Positions 1 through 7,426 of a DNA stretch of 13,598 nt are shown here, in pieces. Source of the DNA: Bdellovibrionales bacterium (lineage in GTDB: Bacteria; Bdellovibrionota; Bdellovibrionia; Bdellovibrionales; UBA1609). Where the stretch lies: the NCBI GenBank assembly GCA_965261545.1, contig CBDHDF010000009.1, positions 1-13,598 on the forward strand, read 5' to 3'. A program made the translations under genes and the position numbers. Within the stretch, counting starts at the first letter, position 1, and each line of letters opens with the position of its first letter. The notes beneath the pieces are model-generated. The model did not search any database, was not told the origin of the DNA, and saw nothing but the letters and a program-made list of their open reading frames with translations.

Positions 1-130
1 TTAGTTAGTTCCTGTCCAGGGAAGAAAGTTAAGTAGTTTTAAGTATTTACATGCCTTCCCTTTAGATTTTATGCTTTAAAATGGAGTCCATCAAACATAA
101 TCCGTGTAAATTCAGTTACTTACTGTAAAA

Positions 131-314
131 TTGCATGGCATTGCCCTCACCGATTGCATGACATTACCCTCACCGATTGCATGACATTACCCTCACCAGT
201 TGCATGGCATTACCCTCACCAGTTGCATGGCATTACCCTCACCAGTTGCATGGCATTGCCCGCACCAGTTGCATGGCATTGCCCGCACCAGTTGCATGGC
301 ATTGCCCGCACTGA
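131..314 (+). repeat. 8 tandem 23-bp units (core TTGCATGRCATTRCCCKCAC) at the IS21 left end; probable transposase-binding repeats
   Basis: Units start at 131, 154, 177, 200, 223, 246, 269 and 292 with no spacers. Two diverged inverted copies lie at the right end (about 2743-2790). Confidence 0.92.
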
Positions 315-392
315 TTGGCATGACTGATTCCCCTTAGCATAGCGTCATTGATGTTCTATAAAGACCTCCAATCTTTAACCAAGGAGGTCGAA

Positions 393-1814
393 ATGAGAAC
401 AAAGATGGATCATGAGCGTTACACAAAAATAAAATCATTAATAAAGGCAAATATTCCCGACCGAGAAATCAGTCGCCGCATGAAATGCTGCACCAAGACT
501 CTTAGAAAGATAAGACGTGGTCTTTTAACAGACCCCAAGGATTGGAAGACCCAAAGAGAAATTCCCCCTTGGTCTTACGGTATAGATTGGAAGATTATTG
601 AGAAGGAGATTGAGGATAGGCATTGTTTAAGTGACGTTTGGGAGGAAAAATTTCTGAAGGTCATTAGCTACCCCCAGTTTACGAGGGAGTTTCATAAGCA
701 ATTTCCAAAAGCTGGCAAAAGGATTATTACCTTGCGTGATTTTCAGCCAGGCCACCAAGTTGAGGTTGATTACGCAGGATTTCAGCCAGAGTGGATCGAT
801 GAAGACCTTAATATTCATAAGGCCCATATATTTTGCTCAAATCTATGTTTCTCTCAGCGTATTTTTGCTTATGGCTCTTTGAGCGAATCTAGTGAAGATT
901 TTCTTCACGCTCACGTTCTGATGTTTGAATATTACGGTGGGGTTCCGAGAGTGGTTGTTCCTGATAATTTAAAGACTGGAGTGAACACACCCCATTTGTA
1001 TGATCCAGAGTTGAATAAATCCTACCAAGAGCTTTTGGAACACTATGACACGGTGGCTGTTCCCGCTCGAGTTCGTCGTCCCCAGGATAAAAGCCTTACT
1101 GAGAATGCCGTGAAGCTCGTTACAAGGGCCCTCAGGTTTATGTACAGACGAGAGACCTTCACCAGTCTGGATCAAATTAATAAGGCTTTAAGGGAGGTGT
1201 GCGAGAAGATAAATGCTCGCCCTCACACAAGATTTAAGGTCTCTCGCAATGAAAAATTTCAACGAGAGGTAAAAACTTTAAAACCCTTGCCTTCTTTTCC
1301 CTACCGGTGGGGACGTTGGGAGAAGAAAAAACTCCACCAAGACTGTCATGTGAGCGTTGAATCCAACTTCTACTCGGCTCCGTTTCAGCACCGAGGGGAG
1401 TATGTAGATGTAAAAATTGGAGTGGAGAGTGTGGAGATTTACTTTCAAAAACAGCTCCTCGCTCGCCACAAGAGGACCAAAGGTAAACTCGGAGAGTACA
1501 TCACCAAAAACGAACACCTCCCGGAGCCCAGTCGCGCCTACAAGGAGGCCACTCCCCAGAACATTCTTATTCAAGCAAGTATGATTTGTAAAGAGCTTGA
1601 AAACTTCATTGAGGAGCTTTTTCAGGGTGGGACCATTGAAAATCTCAGAAGAGCTATGGGCTTTGTAAGCTCCTGTCACAAAGAAATCCAGAAAGAGGGC
1701 AAGGAAAAGTCCTTCCTCTCATTATCAAAGCCCTTGAGGACTGCAAGCAGTGGGAGAAAAGGAGGGTTAGATATTTTCAGCAACAACTCCATTTCTATAA
1801 AGGGCAAAAAATAA
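393..1814 (+). CDS. istA: IS21-family transposase IstA; 3' end apparently frameshifted, natural C-terminus probably runs to 1915 in the -1 frame
   Basis: N-terminal HTH (IPDREISRRMKCCTKTLRK). DDE motifs QVEVDYAG / VVPDNLKTG / DKSLTENAV. C-terminal beta domain (CHVSVESNFYSAP). RBS AAGGAGG at 381-387 favours ATG 393 over TTG 348. Confidence 0.92.
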   Translation: MRTKMDHERYTKIKSLIKANIPDREISRRMKCCTKTLRKIRRGLLTDPKDWKTQREIPPWSYGIDWKIIEKEIEDRHCLSDVWEEKFLKVISYPQFTREFHKQFPKAGKRIITLRDFQPGHQVEVDYAGFQPEWIDEDLNIHKAHIFCSNLCFSQRIFAYGSLSESSEDFLHAHVLMFEYYGGVPRVVVPDNLKTGVNTPHLYDPELNKSYQELLEHYDTVAVPARVRRPQDKSLTENAVKLVTRALRFMYRRETFTSLDQINKALREVCEKINARPHTRFKVSRNEKFQREVKTLKPLPSFPYRWGRWEKKKLHQDCHVSVESNFYSAPFQHRGEYVDVKIGVESVEIYFQKQLLARHKRTKGKLGEYITKNEHLPEPSRAYKEATPQNILIQASMICKELENFIEELFQGGTIENLRRAMGFVSSCHKEIQKEGKEKSFLSLSKPLRTASSGRKGGLDIFSNNSISIKGKK

Positions 1815-1907
1815 AAAAGGTGAACGAGAAAATAGATCGTAAACAAGGCAACCCTTATTTGCGACATAACGAAAATCCAAATAACCAAAGCCCCAAGGAG
1901 GTGCCAG

Positions 1908-2660
1908 ATGGATGAAGTACAAATCAAAAACCACATGCATGAGTTGAAGCTCTATGGAATGTTAGACAGCCTTGAAGTGGCGCTGGATAACACAAGCCAC
2001 AAGACTCAAGCATTGGATCTATTGAACGAGCTGTTATTTGCAGAAGTGGAGGCTCGGAAAATCCAATTCAGCCAAAGACTTCTCAAGACCTCAAAGCTGC
2101 CTCACAAGGTCAGAGGTGAGGCATTTGACCACCATGCCAAAAGGTCTATTAGTAAAAGAGAGGTGGATAGGCTTCAAACTTTATCATGGGTTAAGGAGCA
2201 AAGGTCTATCATTGTCGAAGGGCCAACGGGGGTGGGTAAAACCTTCTTGGCCCAGAGCCTGGGACACCAGTGTTGTCAATCCAGAATCTCCACACTGTTT
2301 ATAGACATCAACATATTTCTAGAAACCTTGGCCCTGGAAAGGCACTCAGGAAGGTATTTGAACTACTTGCGTCGTCTGGGCCGCCCCCAAGTGTTAATTT
2401 TTGATGACTTTGGATTAAGGAAGTTCTCCCAAAGTGAATCCACAGACTTCTGCGATATTTTAAAGTTTCGTTCCGATAGGTCCACCGTTATTACCACTCA
2501 ACTGCCAATAACGCATTGGTCAGAAATTATTGATGATGAGGTGCTGGCAGATACTATCATCGACCGTTTGAAGCATACCGCCATAAAAATTTTACTTAAA
2601 GGAGAGAGTTATCGAAAAATCCAGGGAACAAAACTTGACCAGGACTTTTCCCTAAAATAG
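1908..2660 (+). CDS. istB: IS21-family AAA+ helper ATPase IstB
   Basis: Walker A GPTGVGKT, Walker B LIFDDFG, STVITTQ...W...LADTIIDRL...GESYR. RBS AAGGAGG upstream; directly follows istA. Confidence 0.96.
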   Translation: MDEVQIKNHMHELKLYGMLDSLEVALDNTSHKTQALDLLNELLFAEVEARKIQFSQRLLKTSKLPHKVRGEAFDHHAKRSISKREVDRLQTLSWVKEQRSIIVEGPTGVGKTFLAQSLGHQCCQSRISTLFIDINIFLETLALERHSGRYLNYLRRLGRPQVLIFDDFGLRKFSQSESTDFCDILKFRSDRSTVITTQLPITHWSEIIDDEVLADTIIDRLKHTAIKILLKGESYRKIQGTKLDQDFSLK

Positions 2661-3227
2661 GAAGAAATAGGATTACAAATTAACTAAAATTTTCCCCAGA
2701 AATGGGAAGGAAAATCATCAATGACGCATTGAAATAGGGAAAGTGAGGGTAATGGGTGCAACCAGTGCGGGCAATACGCGCAATTGTACAACTTACATAA
2801 AACGGAAAAATAAAATAAGTTCCCCCCCCCTCTCTTGACGAACCTTTCACAGCCCCTCCCTTTCAGTGACTTATGTGGCTATCAACTGGTTACTTGATAT
2901 GAGAGGAAGAGTTGGATCAACCTGTGTTTCCACCGTGGTGATTTCAAACCTCCTTCAGGGAAATAACATTACGTTGCGCATCAACTTCAAAAAATACTTG
3001 ACGTGTTTTTTCAGAGAAATAATTTTTGATATTTTATTCTTCATTTATTTTTTATGTAGGTTTTAGGAGGCGTGGGAACCTCTCTATGAGGTAGAATTCT
3101 TATCCATGTTCTCCGAGAACCTCTCTGATTTTTTTCTTCTTAAAAGACATCCTTGCTCACTTTTTTCCCTCAAAAAAACGTATGTTAATATAAAAATTAA
3201 AGAGAAACTTTCACCAAAGGGGGGACT

Positions 3228-4592
3228 ATGCGCCATTTGAAGAAGACACAGTTGGGACTCTTTTCCCAATATCCTAACCACCAACTCAGTACAGAATTGC
3301 AGCAAATTAATAACATCATTGATCGCCATCCAGAGTTTGCCCATATGGTTCATGAAGACCTTGTTAAAGAAAAGAAAGATTCTGGTGATATTGGTATGAC
3401 ATCGGAGCAAGTTCTCAAGGTGGCTATTCTTAAATCCATAAGAGGTCTTTCCTATCGTGCGTTAGCCTTTAATCTTGTCGATTCAGTATCCACCAGAGCT
3501 TTTCTGGGCCTTGAATTGGAAGAAAATTACGCTCACTCCACCTTACAGGACTTGATTGTTCAAATAAGTGAAGAAACTTGGGGAATTATTAGCGCCTCTT
3601 TAGTTTCAGATGCAAGAGATCAAAAGATTGAGCCGTGTAAGAAAATGAGATTGGACAGTACAGTGACGAAATCAAATATTCATCATCCAACGGATGCATC
3701 GCTTTTATATGACTGCATAAGAGTTACAGAAAGAGAATTTAAAAAAGTTCGTAAAAATGTCATGAAAGATTTTTGGCGACTTATTTCAAGAGAAGATCTT
3801 AAGAGAGCAAAAACCTTGCTTTACAAAATTAATAATTCCAAAAATGATGCGGAAAGACTACCTTGCTATAAGGAGCTTTTAAAAATCGCTACCAAATTGA
3901 ACAAAGGATTACCTGATACCATCAGAAAGATAAAAAAAGAACAAAAATGTGTGAAGATGAATGCTTTGAAAAAGAGTCTAAAACAGTTAGAAAATGTTGC
4001 CTTCTACCTGGAAAAAATCATCTTTCAAACTCAAAAAAGAGTTATTGAGGGGAAAAAAGTATCTTCTGAAAAAAAGGTCCTATCCATCTTTGAACCGCAT
4101 ACAGACATTATTGTAAAGGGGCAAAGAGAAGTCGAGTTTGGGCATAAAATCTTTCTGACCTCAGGGCAAAGCAACATGATTTTAGATTGTCAGATCCCTG
4201 ATGGCAACCCCGCAGACTCTGATATGTTTTTAAAAGTTATGAATTCAGTGACACAAACCTATGGGGCTTGCCCTGTAAAAGTAAGTGCAGATGGTGGGTT
4301 TGCTTCAAAAGAAAATCTTGAAGAGGCCAAAGAGATGGGGGCTAAAGATGTTTGCTTCCCAGAAAAAAAAGGAATGAAAATATTAAAGATGGTTAAAAGT
4401 GCTTGGGTCTTTAAAAATCTTCTCAATTGGAGAGCCGGAATAGAGGCTGTTATTTCATTCCTTAAGAGATGTTTTGGTATGAGAGTTGCTTACTGGAAAG
4501 GGCATGATGGTTTTAAGAGGTATGTAAAGAATGCCGTTTGTGCCTATAATTTTGTTGTCTTGGCAAGACATGAATTATCAACTGTCACCTAA
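3228..4592 (+). CDS. DDE transposase, IS5-like fold (ISNCY-type), 454 aa, apparently intact
   Basis: Motifs RLDSTVTKSNIHHPTD, SIFEPHTDIIVKG..EFGHK, SADGGFAS and WRAGIEAVISFLKR..G. GGGGG RBS upstream. Confidence 0.92.
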   Translation: MRHLKKTQLGLFSQYPNHQLSTELQQINNIIDRHPEFAHMVHEDLVKEKKDSGDIGMTSEQVLKVAILKSIRGLSYRALAFNLVDSVSTRAFLGLELEENYAHSTLQDLIVQISEETWGIISASLVSDARDQKIEPCKKMRLDSTVTKSNIHHPTDASLLYDCIRVTEREFKKVRKNVMKDFWRLISREDLKRAKTLLYKINNSKNDAERLPCYKELLKIATKLNKGLPDTIRKIKKEQKCVKMNALKKSLKQLENVAFYLEKIIFQTQKRVIEGKKVSSEKKVLSIFEPHTDIIVKGQREVEFGHKIFLTSGQSNMILDCQIPDGNPADSDMFLKVMNSVTQTYGACPVKVSADGGFASKENLEEAKEMGAKDVCFPEKKGMKILKMVKSAWVFKNLLNWRAGIEAVISFLKRCFGMRVAYWKGHDGFKRYVKNAVCAYNFVVLARHELSTVT

Positions 4593-4750
4593 ATTTATCC
4601 ATTAGGAATAACAGCAATGGACCAGGTCGAAGGTGCTAAAATCTTCCAAAGGTAGGGGTGCGTCTTCAAATCGAAAAAACTAGGGCGCAAGTCGCTTAAA
4701 GACCTTTTTCCCCTTAATCTGTAGAGTTTGTGTGGCAAATCTCCAACTCT

Positions 4751-4790
4751 CACTCCCCCATTGAGGCATTGGGAGGCTCAATGGGGAGTG
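4751..4790. terminator. Stem-loop near the ISNCY right end
   Basis: CACTCCCC(C)ATTGAG pairs with CTCAATGGGGAGTG (14 bp, one bulge). An A-run follows at about 4800, so it may terminate on the minus strand. Confidence 0.5.
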
Positions 4791-5121
4791 TCAGAGAACA
4801 AAAAATGGGCCTTTCTGGACAGAAACTAGTTATTAGTACCCGTCAATTTTGATATTTCCCTTTCTTTTAATGTTTCCTATGTCCATACTGTCAAACCCCT
4901 TTACAATTATAGAATAACAGTATTGACTATACTGGTTAGGGAAAGTGTTAAATATACTTAAATAATATCAATATGTTAGACACACAAAGGTACTAATAAT
5001 TAGTTCCTGTCCGGGAATGGCTCTTTTTCGCCAATTTGCTTTTTCTACGAGCCTGTAAACTATTTTGTGTAACTGCCGAATCATATTAGGATGAACTATC
5101 ATCCTGAAAGGAGAAGGCAAA

Positions 5122-6324
5122 ATGGATATCAAGACAATAGGCAAGGAACTAGCGAAGAACGTCAAGACCCAAAAGGATTTATCCGACATAACGGGTCAAC
5201 TGATGAAGGTTGTTTTAGAGACAGCTCTTAATGCGGAAATGGACGATCACCTAGGTTATGAGAGGCATGAGAAGTCTGAGACCCGCAAATCCAACACTCG
5301 CAATGGTTACAGTAGAAAGACCATAAAGGGAGAGAAAGGCGAGGTGGAGCTTCAGGTCCCCCGTGACCGAAGTGCCTCCTTTGAGCCCCAAGTCATTCCC
5401 AAAGGCAAGACTCGTCTTGAGGGCTTTGAAGACAGTATTCTGACCCTCTATGCGAGGGGAATGACGACCAGGGATATTCAAGGAGCTATCAAAGACCTCT
5501 ACCATGGTGCAGAGATATCCCACTCAGTGATAGCCAACGTGACGGATGCTGTTATTGATGAAGTTACGGCTTGGCAGAACCGCCCCTTGGATAGCACTTA
5601 CCCTATCGTATTTTTGGACTGTATCGTGGTGAAGGTCCATCAAGACAAGAGAGTTATTAATAAGGCGATTTACCTAGCTCTTGGTATTACAGAGGAGGGT
5701 CAGAAAGACTTGTTGGGCCTATGGATTTCTGAAAATGAGGGTTCAAAGTTTTGGTTGAGTGTTTTGACTGAGCTGCAAAATCGAGGGTTGAAAGACGTAT
5801 TTATATTTTCTGTAGATGGTCTTACAGGTTTTCCTCAAGCCATTTCAGCGGCTTTTCCCAAGTCTAAAGTACAACTGTGCATTGTCCATATGGTCCGCAA
5901 TTCCCTTCGCTATGTTCCTTCCAAGGATATGAAAGCTGTCGCCCAAGACCTCAAGTCCATTTATGGCTCTACGACTCTGACAGAAGCTGAAAAGGCCCTT
6001 GAGGAATTTTGTACCAAGTGGTCTTCAAAGTATCCGAATATTGAAAAGTCTTGGCGTAGGAATTGGGACAATCTCATCACTATTTTCGATTATCCGGATG
6101 AAATCAGAAAGATTTTTTATACCACAAACGCCATAGAGTCGTTAAATAGCGTGATCCGCAAGGCGATCAGAAATCGTAAGATATTTCCCAGTGATCGGTC
6201 GGCTTTAAAAGTTGTATATTTAGCGATAAAAATGGCCTCTAAGCGATGGACACGACCATTACACAACTGGAAGCCAGCCATGAACAGGTTTGCCATTGAA
6301 TACGGTGACCGTTTTGACAACTAA
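5122..6324 (+). CDS. IS256-family (mutator-like) transposase, 400 aa
   Basis: RNGY...VPRDR..FEP, YPIVFLDCI, SVDGLTGF, QLCIVHMVRN, YTTNAIESLNS. RBS AAAGGAG. Confidence 0.96.
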   Translation: MDIKTIGKELAKNVKTQKDLSDITGQLMKVVLETALNAEMDDHLGYERHEKSETRKSNTRNGYSRKTIKGEKGEVELQVPRDRSASFEPQVIPKGKTRLEGFEDSILTLYARGMTTRDIQGAIKDLYHGAEISHSVIANVTDAVIDEVTAWQNRPLDSTYPIVFLDCIVVKVHQDKRVINKAIYLALGITEEGQKDLLGLWISENEGSKFWLSVLTELQNRGLKDVFIFSVDGLTGFPQAISAAFPKSKVQLCIVHMVRNSLRYVPSKDMKAVAQDLKSIYGSTTLTEAEKALEEFCTKWSSKYPNIEKSWRRNWDNLITIFDYPDEIRKIFYTTNAIESLNSVIRKAIRNRKIFPSDRSALKVVYLAIKMASKRWTRPLHNWKPAMNRFAIEYGDRFDN

Positions 6325-6348
6325 GTTTTTTAATAAGGTCCACCACCT

Positions 6349-6382
6349 GCCTTATAAGGGGGCTTAAAAGCCCCTCTAAGGC
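6349..6382. terminator. Stem-loop downstream of the IS256 transposase
   Basis: GCCTTA..GGGGCT TAAA AGCCCC..TAAGGC, starting 25 nt after the stop codon. No U-tract. Confidence 0.45.
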
Positions 6383-6418
6383 GTTGACAGAAGTACTGGA
6401 ATACCGAGACTATGGTTA

Positions 6419-6611
6419 GGGTAATATAGTATGGGAACCTAAATACATGCCCTCTTGGTGCAGATTTGGGTTCCCATTTTTTTTCATATTTCATCCCAAT
6501 TCTGGTATTTCTCGAATATCCTAAGTTAAAAAAAATAAAAAAAAGGGGGTAATATAGTATGGGAACCTAAACACATGAACCCTTTGATGAGATTGGAATT
6601 TCCATTTTTTT
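6419..6611 (+). repeat. Two direct-repeat hairpin units (128-bp period) inside IS256; possible small RNAs
   Basis: GGGTAATATAGTATGGGAACCTAAA(T/C)ACATG at 6419-6449 and 6547-6577. Each closes with a segment complementary to ATGGGAA and a T7-T8 run. Confidence 0.75.
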
Positions 6612-7030
6612 GAGAGAGCCATTGCTGATTTTTTTTCAACCAAGATGATAATTATTTATTTGAGTTCTTTCCAGTTCTGATATGATCCCATTACGGCTCC
6701 ATAATACAATCAAAAGTCCAGAGTAACTAAAGAGGCCAATTATATAGACCAGCGAAGATGTCCACCTCCCCATTAACTTATAATGCATTGTGACTGACAA
6801 AATCGCTTGAAGGAAAAAATGTCAATTATACATTGACGAATAATATGGGACTGTGCTTTTTACCAGGAGTGGAGCCACATAAGTGGCTTTAAGATTTAAG
6901 AAAAAAATTGCAGTTACACAATTATTTTTACAGTCCCTTTTCTACTCAAACCTAACGGAATTTGAGAGATAAAATATTCAAAAAAAGGCGATTCTCGGAC
7001 AGGAACTAATTAAGTCAGGTTAAAATTTTT

Positions 7031-7405
7031 CATAGTGCCCCAGTTAATTGTTGATACTTCATGATCCAATATGAGATACGGTCTTCTAAGTGATTGAAAT
7101 AAATAAAGAAATTAGATGATAGATCGTCAATTTTGTGCACAAAATATCATAGGCTTAGATGATAGGGATCGTCTAAAAGGTTGACAGTATGAATACGGGA
7201 AATATCAAAGTGAGATATTAGCGGCTAAGCGGCATCTTTAATATTTTAGACATAGTACACGTAACGTCCATGACTCATTGAGCATTTAGATGATACGCTT
7301 CATTTTGGTTTAAGGTCTATAAATGCTATACATAATACTAGTTTATAGTGACACAAATTGTCACTTTTCAACTATTATTTATCAACAATTAACTGGGGCA
7401 CTATG
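7031..7405. mobile_element. 375-bp non-coding MITE with perfect 26-bp TIRs
   Basis: CATAGTGCCCCAGTTAATTGTTGATA (7031-7056) is the exact revcomp of 7380-7405. TSD AAATTTTT at 7023-7030 and 7406-7413. The empty site TTAAAATTTTTTGAGG occurs upstream of the paralogue at about 10293-10308. Confidence 0.88.
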
Positions 7406-7426
7406 AAATTTTTTGAGGAAACTTTC

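Larger units (their letters stand above)
124..2790 (+). mobile_element. IS21-family insertion sequence (2667 bp) nested in the leader of the ISNCY element
   Basis: Starts TGTAAAATTGC and ends GCAATTGTACA (revcomp TGTACAATTGCGCGTATTGCCCGCACTGG, matching the left-end repeat unit). 6-bp TSD ACTTAC at 118-123 and 2791-2796. Contains istA-istB. Confidence 0.95.
8..4826 (+). mobile_element. ISNCY/IS5-like DDE insertion sequence (about 2146 bp once the nested IS21 is removed)
   Basis: Left end GTTCCTGTCCAG (8-19); right end CTGGACAGAAAC (4815-4826; revcomp GTTTCTGTCCAG). Exact 6-bp direct repeat TAGTTA at 2-7 and 4827-4832. Encloses the DDE transposase 3228-4592. Confidence 0.85.
5049..6937 (+). 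mobile_element. IS256-family insertion sequence (1889 bp)
   Basis: 28-bp imperfect IRs GAGCCTGTAAACTATTTTGTGTAACTGC (5049-5076) and revcomp GGGACTGTAAAAATAATTGTGTAACTGC (6910-6937). 8-bp TSD TTTTCTAC at 5041-5048 and 6938-6945. Confidence 0.93.
5003..7006. mobile_element. Non-autonomous MITE with ISNCY-type ends (107 bp when empty) carrying a nested IS256
   Basis: Left GTTCCTGTCCGGGAATGGC; right (revcomp) GTTCCTGTCCGAGAATCGC. TSD TAATTA at 4997-5002 and 7007-7012. First 10 bp identical to the ISNCY left end at position 8. Confidence 0.85.

Noticed and set aside
131..314. CRISPR array or plasmid iterons
   Set aside because: The units abut with no unique spacers, there is no cas or rep gene, and the same motif occurs inverted at the IS21 right end.
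627..2304. Short antisense or alternative-frame ORFs over istA/istB (also those over the IS256 transposase, 3084-3410, 12945-13130 and 13157-13441)
   Set aside because: They overlap clear transposase genes and have no recognisable motifs.
2869..2880. 12-bp match ACTTATGTGGCT to the revcomp of 6873-6884, and TGGGAACCT shared between about 3073 and the IS256 hairpin units
   Set aside because: Matches this short are expected by chance in 13.6 kb and do not extend convincingly.
7358..7426. N-terminal extension of the 965-aa ORF from TTG 7358
   Set aside because: It lies largely within the MITE and TSD; the paralogue and the RBS point to ATG 7427.
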